Shown: positions 9,056 through 19,431 of the stretch, one piece after another | Layout: the number at the start of each line of letters is the position of its first letter | How positions within the stretch are numbered: position 1 is the first letter of the stretch | Source: Herbinix sp. | GTDB lineage: Bacteria; Bacillota; Clostridia; Lachnospirales; Lachnospiraceae | Reading direction: 5' to 3' | Length of the DNA stretch: 38,706 bases | Assembly: GCA_029239365.1 (NCBI GenBank) | Contig: JAQZBA010000001.1 | Location: 1-38,706, forward strand | Translations under genes and position numbers: made by a program | The notes under the pieces: generated by a model | Databases searched by the model: none | Told to the model about the DNA's origin: nothing | What the model saw: the letters and a program-made list of their open reading frames with translations, nothing else

Positions 9056-10423
9056 CTAAAACATCTTCTTTAAAGTTTTAAGATGATCCTTATACGGAGG
9101 GTACCTAAGCGGTATATCCAGCCAATTTGCTTTCTTCAGAACACTCTTCTTATGTGAGAAGGTATCGAAGCTATCTCTTCCGTGATATCTACCCATTCCA
9201 CTATCTCCTACACCTCCAAACGGCATATGTGAGGTAGCAAGATGCATGATGGTATCATTGATACATCCACCACCGTAAGAGATATTACCGATGATCTTTT
9301 TCTCATTCTCTTTCTTTGTCGTAAAATAGTAAAGTGCCAGTGGCTTTGGTCGACTATTAACCATAGTTATCACTTCATCGAGATTACTAAATTCCAATAC
9401 CGGAAGAATTGGTCCAAAGATTTCTTCTGACATCACCGGGCTGTTCCAGGTAATATGATCAATAACGGTTGGAGATATCTGATTACTCTGTCTGGAGAAG
9501 GTACCTCCGATGACAATCTTCTCACCCTCTAGTAAACCTAATAACCTGTCAAAATGCTTCTCATTAATTATTTTCGGAAAGTTCTCATTCGTGCAGGCCT
9601 CGTCACCATAAAATTGATGAATGTATTTCTTCAGCTTCTTAAGAAGTACTTCCTTCACATTATGATGAACCAACAGATAATCCGGGGCAACACAGGTTTG
9701 TCCTGAATTCAGGAATTTACCCCAGACGATGCGTCTTGCGGCCAACTCCAGATTGGCTGTTTCATCGACGATACATGGGCTCTTGCCACCCAGCTCCAGT
9801 GTAACCGGGGTTAGATGCTCGGAAGCTGCTCTCATTACTGTCTTACCAACCGTTACACTACCTGTGAAAAAGATATAATCAAACTTCTGCTCTAGCAAAG
9901 ACTTATTGGCGTCTCTTCCGCCTTGTATGACAGTAACATACTCCTTCGGAAATACCTCGGTCAGAATCTGTTCGATTACTGCCGAGGTGTTAGGTGAATA
10001 GTTAGAGGGCTTAACAATGGCACAGTTACCTGCAGCAATTGCACCGACCAACGGCGAGATGCTTAATTGAAACGGATAGTTCCAAGGCGACATGATCAGT
10101 ACAATTCCATATGGCTCTGAATAGATCCTACTTACGGAAGGAAAATTAGTGATTGGGGTCTTCACCTGTCTTGGCTTAGCCCACCCTTTCAACTTCTTTG
10201 TTACAAACTTAATCTCCTCCAAAACCATGCCTATTTCTGTTGCATAAGCTTCAAAGGGGGCTTTATTTAAATCTTTTCTTAGAGCCTCCATAATATCATT
10301 TTCATGGTTACGAATTGATTGCTCAAGATTTTTTAGGAATTCCATCCGCTTAATAATGTTCTTAGTCTTTCCTGCTGTATAATAGTATCTTTGTATTTCT
10401 AATGCATTTGCTATATCCTGCAT
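9056..10423 (-). CDS. Aldehyde dehydrogenase (ALDH3/YwdH-like)
   Basis: PWNYP, VKPSN, FFTGS, LELGGKSP, GQTCVAPDY (catalytic Cys), EEIFGP and PFGGVGDSG. Confidence 0.95.
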   Translation of the reverse strand: MQDIANALEIQRYYYTAGKTKNIIKRMEFLKNLEQSIRNHENDIMEALRKDLNKAPFEAYATEIGMVLEEIKFVTKKLKGWAKPRQVKTPITNFPSVSRIYSEPYGIVLIMSPWNYPFQLSISPLVGAIAAGNCAIVKPSNYSPNTSAVIEQILTEVFPKEYVTVIQGGRDANKSLLEQKFDYIFFTGSVTVGKTVMRAASEHLTPVTLELGGKSPCIVDETANLELAARRIVWGKFLNSGQTCVAPDYLLVHHNVKEVLLKKLKKYIHQFYGDEACTNENFPKIINEKHFDRLLGLLEGEKIVIGGTFSRQSNQISPTVIDHITWNSPVMSEEIFGPILPVLEFSNLDEVITMVNSRPKPLALYYFTTKKENEKKIIGNISYGGGCINDTIMHLATSHMPFGGVGDSGMGRYHGRDSFDTFSHKKSVLKKANWLDIPLRYPPYKDHLKTLKKMF

Positions 10424-10663
10424 ATTTATATTAATCCTCCAATCTTTCGACTATTATATATTAATAATTTATAAATTGACAAACCAGACGTTCCGGATAG
10501 TGTATAAAGCTTTCATAAATTGTATTATGCCAACTATCTTATATTTTAGACTCATTTACCATATTTTTCACTCCGATTAGTGATAGAATCAATTATTAAT
10601 TAAAATCTTTCTCCCTACCTACAACAAAATCCATGCCAAGCGATGAATTGTGTTCTCAATAAG

Positions 10664-10712
10664 TAAGAAAGCCGATTGGTTGTATATTCCTACAGACCAG
10701 CCGGCTTTCTTA
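10664..10712. terminator. Inverted repeat / likely intrinsic terminator downstream of flavodoxin
   Basis: TAAGAAAGCCG-ATTGGTTGTA...TACAGACCAGC-CGGCTTTCTTA, with T-rich tails on both strands. Confidence 0.65.
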
Positions 10713-10728
10713 TTATTAATTATGAAGA

Positions 10729-11202
10729 CTATTTATTACCTAATTGTGTTAAAAGTTCTTGAATTAAAGCATCCCTTTTTTTACTTTTCCAGTTCACAAT
10801 CGCTGTTTCACCAATAACTGCGCCTTTTTGTTCACAACTTTTCTTCATTTGCTTGATCGCATTATTGCCACCCATCCAGCTATGAGGGAAAGCCTGTGTT
10901 ACAAATAAGTCTACCTTCTGACCTTTGAGTGTAGGGACTTTATTAAGATAGGCTGCCAATACGGGTGAGATGGAGAACCCTCTCACCGGTGCTCCAACAA
11001 TCACATAGTCAAATCCACTGATTTCCGGTTCCGGCTTAAATTGAATACGATTGATATCAATCTCATTTTTATTCTCGCCACCGACCGGCTCTAACTTTCT
11101 CAGTTCCACAACATGACCATTCTTTATTAGCTTATCCTTCAATTGCTCTGCTACAGATAAAGTATTACCTGTGTGCGAATGTACTAATAGACCGATTTTC
11201 AT
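10729..11202 (-). CDS. Flavodoxin-family protein
   Basis: Start reassigned to ATG 11202 (GGGGGG RBS). HSHTGNTLSVAE FMN loop and VIVGAPV. Confidence 0.85.
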   Translation of the reverse strand: MKIGLLVHSHTGNTLSVAEQLKDKLIKNGHVVELRKLEPVGGENKNEIDINRIQFKPEPEISGFDYVIVGAPVRGFSISPVLAAYLNKVPTLKGQKVDLFVTQAFPHSWMGGNNAIKQMKKSCEQKGAVIGETAIVNWKSKKRDALIQELLTQLGNK

Positions 11203-11329
11203 ACCATACCCCCCAAATGTTAATGATATACTTACACTTACCATAGCAGATTACTTCATGCTTTTTAAGTATTAAGTTCATTATAATATATCTTCTATAA
11301 ATTACTAGCACGCGAGCAATATTCTAATC

Positions 11330-11788
11330 TTATTTTAATTTCTTTCCTTCAGAAAGCTTTGCGATGGATTTCTCAACTCGATCTCTTCTAGTCTCTTCCC
11401 TCTTAGCATCGGTGATCCATAGAACATAGTCTTTCTTACCGGAAAACGAAAGCTTATCATAGGTTATCAAAGCTTGCGGATTCGCATCCAAAGCCTCCTG
11501 AAAATCTTGGGGAACTTCCAGTACTCTCTCTGCTTCATCTTTTTCTATCGTAACTTTGACGATATCACCGGCATCTTTACCTATCTGCCTACGGATATCC
11601 TGTGTCATACCAAGCATATAACAGCCACCCATACGAACGATGGAACCTCGATAAGGTACACCATCGAAAGTAGCAGCCACCTTAACTCTTTTTGCACCAA
11701 ATACAGCCTCTACGTCAAAGGGAGGCTCAATATAGGTCCCATTGACATCTTCAACCTTCTTAATCACTGCATCAAATTCCTGCTTCAT
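11330..11788 (-). CDS. DUF1905 + YdeI/OmpD-associated domain protein
   Basis: Start reassigned to ATG 11788 (AGGTGG RBS). [17 protein letters not shown] (DUF1905-like) and VPQDFQEAL...[14 protein letters not shown] (OmdA-like). Confidence 0.85.
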   Translation of the reverse strand: MKQEFDAVIKKVEDVNGTYIEPPFDVEAVFGAKRVKVAATFDGVPYRGSIVRMGGCYMLGMTQDIRRQIGKDAGDIVKVTIEKDEAERVLEVPQDFQEALDANPQALITYDKLSFSGKKDYVLWITDAKREETRRDRVEKSIAKLSEGKKLK

Positions 11789-11824
11789 ATAGGATTCACC
11801 ACCTTTCATTGATCGTAGTGTTGA

Positions 11825-12637
11825 TTAGATCAACCTCTGATCCTTCAACAGATTCATGACCGGAACATTATAACTAATATCCTGTGTAGTATAATTCACT
11901 TTCTCCTCATCACTAGTCTGTTCCTTCCGCTCCTCTTCTTCCTTCAAGAGCAAATCCAGAAATTCCAGATAATCATCATAAGAAAACACTGAATTTAAGC
12001 TCTCCATCTCACCCTCATTTCCGGTGATACTATTAGCAATTAAGAATGCATAATTGTTCTGTACCGGAGCTGAGGCAGCCGTTGAAACTTTCACAGTATT
12101 ATTCGATCGTTCTGCAGAGGTAACACTTGCTACAGCTCCATTGGTATCAACACCCTGTTGCATATAAGCTGTTACCTTCTTCACATAATTTTGTGTTTCT
12201 TCAAAGGGAGGGATTCCACCATACTTTTTGACATTTCCACTACCCGCATTATATGCGGCTAATGCAAGCTTAGTATTACCCTCATATTTCTTGACTAATT
12301 CCGAGATATATTTAGCTCCACCCATAATATTTTGTTCAGCATCAAAAGAATCCGTAACACCTAAGGATTTTGCTGTGGCTGGCATTAACTGCATAACACC
12401 TTGTGCTCCACAACGTGATACCGCATCCGCCTTAAAATTCGATTCAGCCTTTCCGATCGCTTTCAGGAGATCAACGGACACATTGTATTCTTTCGCAGCT
12501 TTATCAAATATTTCATCCAGTGTCTTTGTTTCCCCCAAAAAGGAAGAAAAATCTGTATTATCATTATTCTTCTTAATCACACCCACGCCTAGGGTATTCT
12601 TTAATTCAACATTTGAGATTCCATTAATTTCAGCCAT
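11825..12637 (-). CDS. Lytic transglycosylase (SLT domain)
   Basis: AESNF (catalytic Glu), GAQGVMQLMPATA, ALAAYNAG and ETQNYVKKV. Confidence 0.92.
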   Translation of the reverse strand: MAEINGISNVELKNTLGVGVIKKNNDNTDFSSFLGETKTLDEIFDKAAKEYNVSVDLLKAIGKAESNFKADAVSRCGAQGVMQLMPATAKSLGVTDSFDAEQNIMGGAKYISELVKKYEGNTKLALAAYNAGSGNVKKYGGIPPFEETQNYVKKVTAYMQQGVDTNGAVASVTSAERSNNTVKVSTAASAPVQNNYAFLIANSITGNEGEMESLNSVFSYDDYLEFLDLLLKEEEERKEQTSDEEKVNYTTQDISYNVPVMNLLKDQRLI

Positions 12638-13110
12638 CGTATCACCTTTATGCTACTCATTGGCAGCTCATTCTATTCAAGATAATAGTAACATTTCTTC
12701 TTACCGTACAAAAAAGATTCGTTTGTACAAGGTAGGTATTGTATATTCTATTTTAAGCTATTTTACTTCATTAATCAACATGATATCTCAAATAGTTATA
12801 ACCTCATTATGCCATCTAACTCCCTACGGATGCCACTCAGCGATACTAGAAAATGCTACAATCACTTCATGCTCCTACAACAGTATCTAAGAAGATACCG
12901 ATTATAAATTATAACGTACTTGTTATTATTGTTACATCTGCTATGATTAATCTGAAAATTATATCAGCATTACCAATTCGTACTTAGTACTTGTTTTCAA
13001 GGATAATTATGTAGTACAATGAGAATAATGTAGTTTTTAAGTGTCAACCGAAATCTATTGAATTCTTTTGACATCATTATATATCATTTTTATATCAGGA
13101 GGTTAGTACT

Positions 13111-14316
13111 ATGTATTGTGTCCAAGAAATAACACCTAAGGTATTCTGGGTTGGAGGCAGTGATCGGCGTTTAGCGTTGTTCGAAAATATGTTTCCCCTT
13201 CCGAACGGTGTTGCATATAATTCCTATCTTATGATGGATGACAAAACCGCTCTAATTGATACGGTGGACCGCTCTATCAGTGATCTATATCTGGAGAATG
13301 TTACTCATGTTCTTGGTGGCCGTTGTCTGGATTATCGAGTGATTAATCATATGGAACCGGACCATTGCGCTAATATTGAAGAGATTGCCCGCCGTTATCC
13401 GGATGTTAAGATTATCGGCAATAAGAAGACCTTCCAATTCATTGAGCAATTCTATACTATGGATCTTAAGGCAAATTATATGGAGGTAAAGGAAGGCGAG
13501 GAGCTGGTACTCGGTAGTATGACACTTCGTTTTTATATGGCTCCGATGGTTCATTGGCCTGAGGTTATGGTTACTTATGAGATTAGTCAGGGAATCTTAT
13601 TCTCTGCAGATGCTTTTGGCTCCTTCGGTGCCGACGCAGGTAATATCTTTGCTGATGAGCTTGATGAAAAAGATATGGATGAAGCAAGACGCTATTATGC
13701 TAATATCGTAGGACGTTATGGTACACAGGTTCAGGCATTATTTAAAAAGCTCGCAGGCGTCGAGATTACAATGATCTGTGCTCTGCATGGACTTATCTGG
13801 CGTAATCAGGACGTTTCCTTTATTCTCGATAAGTACAACAAATGGAGTCGATATGAGCCCGAGAAGAAGGGTGTCGTATTAGTCTATGCTTCCATGTATG
13901 GTAACACAGAGAATGTGATGAATGCATTGGCTAATAAACTGGCTATCCGTGGCGTTCGCGATATGAAGATGTATGATGTATCAAAGACCCATCCTTCCTA
14001 TATCATCTCCGACCTATGGAAATACAGTCACATGGTCATTGGATCACCTACTTATAATATGCATCTTTATTTTGTGATGGATGCTCTATTAAAGGATATC
14101 TCAGTTCTAGGCTTAAAGGACCGTAAGGTATCCATCATAGGTAATCATTCCTGGGCAAGCGCCGCAATGAAGTCCATGAAGGAGCAATTTGGTGCTATGA
14201 ATAACATGGAGATCATTGGAACTCCACTTGATGTTCGTTCCACCATCAAAGCGGATCAGGAGCAGGAGTTAGATGCCTTAGCAGATGCTATCTGTGAATC
14301 AATAAAGTCCAATTAA
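13111..14316 (+). CDS. fprA: Flavodiiron protein (FprA family, O2/NO reductase)
   Basis: NHMEPDH, MVHWPE, LFSADAFG and HG diiron ligands; flavodoxin domain YASMYGNT. AGGAGG RBS. Confidence 0.93.
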   Translation: MYCVQEITPKVFWVGGSDRRLALFENMFPLPNGVAYNSYLMMDDKTALIDTVDRSISDLYLENVTHVLGGRCLDYRVINHMEPDHCANIEEIARRYPDVKIIGNKKTFQFIEQFYTMDLKANYMEVKEGEELVLGSMTLRFYMAPMVHWPEVMVTYEISQGILFSADAFGSFGADAGNIFADELDEKDMDEARRYYANIVGRYGTQVQALFKKLAGVEITMICALHGLIWRNQDVSFILDKYNKWSRYEPEKKGVVLVYASMYGNTENVMNALANKLAIRGVRDMKMYDVSKTHPSYIISDLWKYSHMVIGSPTYNMHLYFVMDALLKDISVLGLKDRKVSIIGNHSWASAAMKSMKEQFGAMNNMEIIGTPLDVRSTIKADQEQELDALADAICESIKSN

Positions 14317-14399
14317 TAAATATTGCGGTTTTTGATTTTAATAAAAAATCTTAATTCGCCTTCTGCTACTATTATCATCTTAAACCTGTGGCAAGGCAT

Positions 14400-14456
14400 A
14401 AAAAACAGGAAGGATACTACACTCCGTCAAGCAGTGTATTATCCTTCCCTTTTCTT
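14400..14456. terminator. Bidirectional intrinsic terminator between fprA and the GGDEF gene
   Basis: A-run, then GGAAGGATACTACACT-loop-AGTGTATTATCCTTCC, then CTTTTCTT. Confidence 0.75.
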
Positions 14457-14468
14457 ATGGTTCAACAT

Positions 14469-15020
14469 TCAGCATTCTGATTCGACTCTATTTCTACCTG
14501 ACTCCTTCGCAGAACATAATGCTTTCTCTGCTAGTTTTAACATCTCTTCGATTGAGTTATATCGTGATGGTATCATGGACGCTACACCCACACTGATCGT
14601 TGCGGACTTTTCATAACTCGATATTTCGTGAGGAATCCCTATATTAATAATTGCTTTTCGTAGATTCTCACCAATAAACGTCGCACCACGTAGATCGGTC
14701 TCCGGGAGAACACAAGCAAATTCATCCTCACTCCATCTCGCTACCAAGTCTGCCGGACGCTTTAGATTTTGTTGTATTGCTTGTGCGATTATAGTTAAGC
14801 ATTGATTTCCTTGAAGGTTTCCGTAAATATCATTATAATCATTAAATAAATCAACTTCTAATATTACCACAGATAGGATAGCGCCATTTCTTTTCGCTCT
14901 CTCCCATTCCTGAAACAATACTTCGTTGAATTTATGACGATTAGCAATCTGAGTCACCTTATCAATCAAGCTGTTTTCCTCTTGCTCATTTTCTGTCTTC
15001 TTGACAACCTTGTCTTCCAT
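14469..15020 (-). CDS. Stand-alone degenerate GGDEF-domain protein
   Basis: GGDEF fold motifs (TQIANR, YNDIYGNLQGNQCL, TISVGVA, AKESGRN). The active site reads WSEDEF instead of YGGEEF, while the RxxD I-site (RPAD) is retained. Confidence 0.85.
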   Translation of the reverse strand: MEDKVVKKTENEQEENSLIDKVTQIANRHKFNEVLFQEWERAKRNGAILSVVILEVDLFNDYNDIYGNLQGNQCLTIIAQAIQQNLKRPADLVARWSEDEFACVLPETDLRGATFIGENLRKAIINIGIPHEISSYEKSATISVGVASMIPSRYNSIEEMLKLAEKALCSAKESGRNRVESEC

Positions 15021-15068
15021 GGTATCGCTTCTCCTTTGTCAACTAGCACAGATATAATTATCTGATGA

Positions 15069-15124
15069 AATAGATTCAATATAATCTATTAATCTATTAT
15101 ACGGTATCAAATAACATCTAGCAA
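15069..15124 (-). promoter_or_regulatory. sigmaA-type promoter of the GGDEF gene with adjacent palindrome
   Basis: TTGCTA (15124-15119), 17 bp spacer, TATAAT (15101-15096); inverted repeat AATAGATT-N6-AATCTATT at 15069-15090. Confidence 0.5.
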
Positions 15125-15173
15125 TATCGGATATTATACCTATCCTTGTAACAATATACAAAAAATCAAAGCA

Positions 15174-15716
15174 TTAGGTAATCAGTAAAAATTCATCTGT
15201 ATCTATCACCTTAGCAAATACCCCATTGATAGATGCCATATAAGTATTGTGGACTATTTCTGCCGGTATGATATCCTTATGATAAGATAAATCCTTCGTA
15301 GCACAGGCATCGTCAATTACAATCACCTCATAACCATAATCCTGAGAGGCCCGAATTGTTGTATCTATACACATATGTGTCATCATTCCTGCAATCACGA
15401 GCCGTTGTATACCAAGAGATTTAAGCTGCTTATCCAACTCTGTGCCTAGAAAAGCACTTGGATATTGCTTTTCGATTATAATTTCATCGGTTTCTGGAGT
15501 GACTAAGGAATGAAAATCTCTAAGATATTCCAATTCCTCCAGGTAACCCGCTCCATCAAATAGATGCTTTATATGAATTACCGGAAGCATCTTGTCTCTA
15601 AAGTATCGTAACAGCTTGGCAGCATTCTGAGCTGCGTTCTCGGGACCTCTGAGTTTATACTTCCCCTCAGTAAAATAAATGTTTTGAATATCAATTAAGA
15701 TAAGTACTGTATTCAT
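15174..15716 (-). CDS. Cysteine hydrolase (isochorismatase family)
   Basis: LILIDIQN, IEKQYPSAF and AGMMTHMCIDTT (D-K-C triad). Confidence 0.92.
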   Translation of the reverse strand: MNTVLILIDIQNIYFTEGKYKLRGPENAAQNAAKLLRYFRDKMLPVIHIKHLFDGAGYLEELEYLRDFHSLVTPETDEIIIEKQYPSAFLGTELDKQLKSLGIQRLVIAGMMTHMCIDTTIRASQDYGYEVIVIDDACATKDLSYHKDIIPAEIVHNTYMASINGVFAKVIDTDEFLLIT

Positions 15717-15790
15717 GATATGTCCTCCACCTATTCTTAGGATGATTTTATTATAGTATACGTTTACAGCAAGCCAGTATGCATAATAGA

Positions 15791-15856
15791 AGGAATGCCT
15801 TTCCTGGCAGTTGAGACCGTTCCCGGTAACTCAATTTTGCCATGAAAGGCTTTCTT
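15791..15856 (-). terminator. Long stem-loop immediately after gntR
   Basis: GCCTTTC-CTGGCA-GTTGAG-ACCG-TTCC-CGGT-AA-CTCAAT-TT-TGCCA-T-GAAAGGC nested inverted repeat; imperfect U-tract. Confidence 0.55.
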
Positions 15857-15866
15857 ATGATACAAT

Positions 15867-16553
15867 CTATAGATCAGAGGAATTCAACTGGAAGAAATGC
15901 GGATATTTTTTAGACATTAGCTTTACCTGCTCTATGAGAATGTTAGAATGCTCCGATACAACCTTCCGCATAGCCTCTGCATCACGCTTCTTAGCAGCTT
16001 CAATGATCTTATCATGCTGATCGACTACATATTTATCTATGCCATTCAGCTTGCCACAGAGCAAACGGATGCGGTTATAATGGGATGCTACATTCTCAAT
16101 CGTAGACCAGGATAACTCCTCCCCGGCTGTCTCAAAAAGAAGCTGATGAAAACGGTTATCCTTGGTATAGAACTCTCTGAAATGATCTTTATCTAGATAT
16201 TTTCTCTGTTTGTTTACAATCTCTTGCATGGTATCAGTAACCAGTTCGCTGCACTTATGTATAAACTCATCAACAACAGCAGCTTCCAGTGAGGTCCGAA
16301 TAAACCATTCCTCATGAACCCTTTGAAGATCAATTTTGGATACTACTGTTTTTCTCTGGGGATAGATTACCACCAGCCCGGACTGCTGAAGACGAACCAC
16401 AGCTTCCCGCACCGGAGTCCGGCTGACACCGTAACGTTCCGAAAGCTTTTGTACGCTAACATCTGTTCCGGGTTCAAGAGTCATATTCATGATATCATCC
16501 TTGATTTTATTATACGTAACATCATTCAATGAATTATTATTAACAATCTTCAA
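15867..16553 (-). CDS. GntR-family regulator (FadR/FCD type)
   Basis: wHTH LSERYGVSRTPVREA; FCD motif DNRFHQLL...QHDKIIEA...H. The TTG start overlaps the end of the upstream gene. Confidence 0.93.
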   Translation of the reverse strand: MKIVNNNSLNDVTYNKIKDDIMNMTLEPGTDVSVQKLSERYGVSRTPVREAVVRLQQSGLVVIYPQRKTVVSKIDLQRVHEEWFIRTSLEAAVVDEFIHKCSELVTDTMQEIVNKQRKYLDKDHFREFYTKDNRFHQLLFETAGEELSWSTIENVASHYNRIRLLCGKLNGIDKYVVDQHDKIIEAAKKRDAEAMRKVVSEHSNILIEQVKLMSKKYPHFFQLNSSDL

Positions 16554-17244
16554 TTGTCCCCTGCACCTTCCTGACTTGATTCGCTAAAACGTCTTTATAT
16601 ATTTTCTCGGCACTAGCAGGATCGTAGGAATAGTATAGAAGAACATCAAGTAGAAAGGGTGAATAGCTCAACCTCATTAATTCCTTCGTAAATGCCATAG
16701 CTCCGATTTCGCCCAAGGTACGTATCACAGAATAGTTCTTATAACCCAGAAACTTCCATAATAGTATTTTTTCAGTTCGTGTATAAATCTGTTGTGTGTA
16801 TCTTTCTTCTACAAAATGAAAAATTTCGTGGCCCAGAATAATATCAATTATATCATTATGTTGAAATTCTTCAACTAGAAAAAGTGATTCCTCTGAAATT
16901 CTTTTTACAGCTCGAAGAATTGGCTCTTCCATAATCTCAATTAATGACGGAGGAGTAAAGCGCGCAAATAGCACCCTCTTACCAATCATTGATAAATCAT
17001 GATATTCCACCTTTAGCTTAAGGGCTTTTGCAATCGTCTTAATATCAGAACTTCCTATCTCACTAACTATCTTCTGAGCATATTCCTTACCGCAAGCATT
17101 CGCTTTCGCTATCATAGTAAGCTTTTGATCCGGCTGTATGCGTTTATTCAATAGTTCTCTTGAAAATGCATACAGCCCCCAAGTATCATCATCCACTTCT
17201 AGTAAATGATGCAACATTTCCCCAAAACGAATAGTATCCGGCAT
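16540..17244 (-). CDS. Hypothetical protein with HExxH metal-binding motif (possible zincin/ImmA-IrrE-like fold)
   Basis: ILGHEIFHFVEE plus downstream LGEIGAMAF; embedded in the hydantoinase cluster. Confidence 0.65.
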   Translation of the reverse strand: MPDTIRFGEMLHHLLEVDDDTWGLYAFSRELLNKRIQPDQKLTMIAKANACGKEYAQKIVSEIGSSDIKTIAKALKLKVEYHDLSMIGKRVLFARFTPPSLIEIMEEPILRAVKRISEESLFLVEEFQHNDIIDIILGHEIFHFVEERYTQQIYTRTEKILLWKFLGYKNYSVIRTLGEIGAMAFTKELMRLSYSPFLLDVLLYYSYDPASAEKIYKDVLANQVRKVQGTIEDC

Positions 17245-17298
17245 TTACTTTGCCCCCCATCATTTACTTAAGTGGACTAGACTCTATCTTTCATACAG

Positions 17299-19431
17299 TT
17301 AGCTTTGTTTTATATTAGCAGCTACAACAATTACTTCGGTATCAGGCTCAAAAGCCATTATCTCGATATCCATCAGAAGCTTAATCTGGTCAAAATCTGA
17401 TGCCGTAAAGTCCATCACTCGTGCTCCGATACAGAGATAAAAATCCGGTCTTGCAATCAATTCGGTCTGATATACCGCCATTGACTCCCAAAGCTTCTTC
17501 GCTGCTTCAATATATTCTCCGGCAATCGTCTTAATCACCTTGGCATGACCTCTTTGGACCTTAATGAATCCCTTAGTGTCCAAGATACGAATGGCACCCG
17601 GTTTATCCGGGCTTTCCACCTTCTCACCAAAGATATGAATATATCTGGTACGTTCTACCATGGTCGTCTGCTCTAACGGGATTCGCATATCGTTTGCTGC
17701 AATCTGTCTCAGTTCCCCTTCGGAACACTCCTTTAACAGATCTGTGGTTTTTACTTCCGTGGAACCGGTAGCAATTGCAGTAACTTTAGAAGTCTGCGGG
17801 TCAATATCAATATGAATTTCTACACTTTCCGGAGTAGCTCCACTTTCTATTGCCTTATTCAATGCTTCCATCTTAATAGCACTGATTGCTTCCTTGGTCG
17901 GTGATGGAATGATACGTTCCACAACATCTCTAACCATGGAGAGTGCTACACCAATGGAGGAAATAACTTCTGCATTCTCAGGAATACTATATTTAAGCCC
18001 CATTTTCTCTGCAAAGTAGATAATCAAGGAAGCTGCTCCTCCTCCAACGCCTACCAGAGAGATCTGGTCTTTCTCAAGCTTGTATTTTTCAGCGAGGGAC
18101 AGAATAACCGGTTCAATCTTAGCATAAGCACGCTCCATAATCTGCTTCGCGATATCTTCTGCTGTTGTACCGCAATAATCTCCGAGCGCTTGCAACGCTC
18201 TTCTGGCAGATTCAACATTACCATAGGAGAAGTGTTCCTTCTTCACCAGACCCAGTACGTTTGCAGCGCAGGAATTGGTTATCGTAACACGCTCCCCATT
18301 CTCCATACGAACCGCTACATAATCTGCCGGATCACCTGCTTTCGGTGAAAAGAATTCTACCTTCGGTCCATTCATCTTATTAAGGTCAGTATATACAGAA
18401 TAATCAAGCCCGGCGATATGCGCCGATCTTGGACCTACATCAATGACTCCACCCTTATTCGCGCGGACCATGGAACCTCCTGCTACACCAAGTACCCGAA
18501 CATCCAAAGAATTTATATAGGTCGGATGTCCGCCAACGATAGAATAATCTATAGCCGGGCGACCGTTCTTAATAACACCGATATTGGTAGTAGTTCCACC
18601 AACTTCAAAATATACTCCATTTGAAGCTCTAAGATACATCAAAGAACCCATTACAGAAGCTGCAGGACCGGAAAGCATAGTTAGTACCGGACGCTTCTTC
18701 ATTTCATTTATCTCCATTACACCGCCATCACCTCTCATAATCATAAGAGGTACATTTACGCCGGCTTCTCTCACCGAACGTTCTGTAGAGGTAGCGGTAT
18801 CCAACATTTTCGGAAGAATACTTGCGTTAATCGCTGCTGTTCTAGTTCTTCTGGTCAATCCATACAGTTTTGTGATATCGGAAGCCATCGTAGTAGGAAT
18901 ATTCTTCTTCTCTGCCACACTAAATACCAGCTTTTCCGGTTTATCATTATCAACACCAAAAGCCATGGAGGGAACTATTACCTGTGCACCTTGCTCTTTT
19001 AATTCATTAATCATCTGAAGCACTGAGTCTTCCGACATTTTATTTATATTCATAAAGCTGTTAAAAATATTGATTTCCTTGTTGTTACCCAAATTAATGT
19101 TTTGTATTTTTGTCTGTCTTTTTGCTAAAAAGCCTTCCAGTCCACCCTTGGACATACCGATGATGCCGACCTGAGCCACGTCACCTTCAACAAGAGCATT
19201 GGTCGCTTGAGTTGTACTATGTGCAACAAAAACAACATCCTCCGGTTTGATATCGTGCTCTCCAAGACAATTCTGAAAACAATTTACAACACCCGCTGCT
19301 ACACCTCTCGGATCATCATGCGTAGTCTTTACAGACGATTTTCCAATTATTTCATGTGTATCATTATCGATTGCAACTGCCTTAGTATGCGTCCCGCCTA
19401 CATCAATTCCCATTCTAACCATTCTGCCCAT
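17299..19431 (-). CDS. Hydantoinase/oxoprolinase-family ATPase (A-subunit type)
   Basis: Start reassigned to ATG 19431 (GGAGG RBS). GIDVGGTHT, HSTTQATNAL, RTRTAAINA, MRGDGG, LSGPAAS, EVGGTTT and GVAGGS motifs. Confidence 0.88.
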   Translation of the reverse strand: MGRMVRMGIDVGGTHTKAVAIDNDTHEIIGKSSVKTTHDDPRGVAAGVVNCFQNCLGEHDIKPEDVVFVAHSTTQATNALVEGDVAQVGIIGMSKGGLEGFLAKRQTKIQNINLGNNKEINIFNSFMNINKMSEDSVLQMINELKEQGAQVIVPSMAFGVDNDKPEKLVFSVAEKKNIPTTMASDITKLYGLTRRTRTAAINASILPKMLDTATSTERSVREAGVNVPLMIMRGDGGVMEINEMKKRPVLTMLSGPAASVMGSLMYLRASNGVYFEVGGTTTNIGVIKNGRPAIDYSIVGGHPTYINSLDVRVLGVAGGSMVRANKGGVIDVGPRSAHIAGLDYSVYTDLNKMNGPKVEFFSPKAGDPADYVAVRMENGERVTITNSCAANVLGLVKKEHFSYGNVESARRALQALGDYCGTTAEDIAKQIMERAYAKIEPVILSLAEKYKLEKDQISLVGVGGGAASLIIYFAEKMGLKYSIPENAEVISSIGVALSMVRDVVERIIPSPTKEAISAIKMEALNKAIESGATPESVEIHIDIDPQTSKVTAIATGSTEVKTTDLLKECSEGELRQIAANDMRIPLEQTTMVERTRYIHIFGEKVESPDKPGAIRILDTKGFIKVQRGHAKVIKTIAGEYIEAAKKLWESMAVYQTELIARPDFYLCIGARVMDFTASDFDQIKLLMDIEIMAFEPDTEVIVVAANIKQS

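Noticed and set aside
12228-12890. 220 aa plus-strand ORF
   Set aside because: Mostly the antisense shadow of the lytic transglycosylase; no RBS or recognisable motifs.
12638-13110. Riboswitch, small ORF or PerR/Fur box in the long SLT-fprA intergenic region
   Set aside because: No riboswitch consensus recognised; RBS-preceded ATGs end after two codons; TTATAA-A-TTATAA is not the 7-1-7 Per box.
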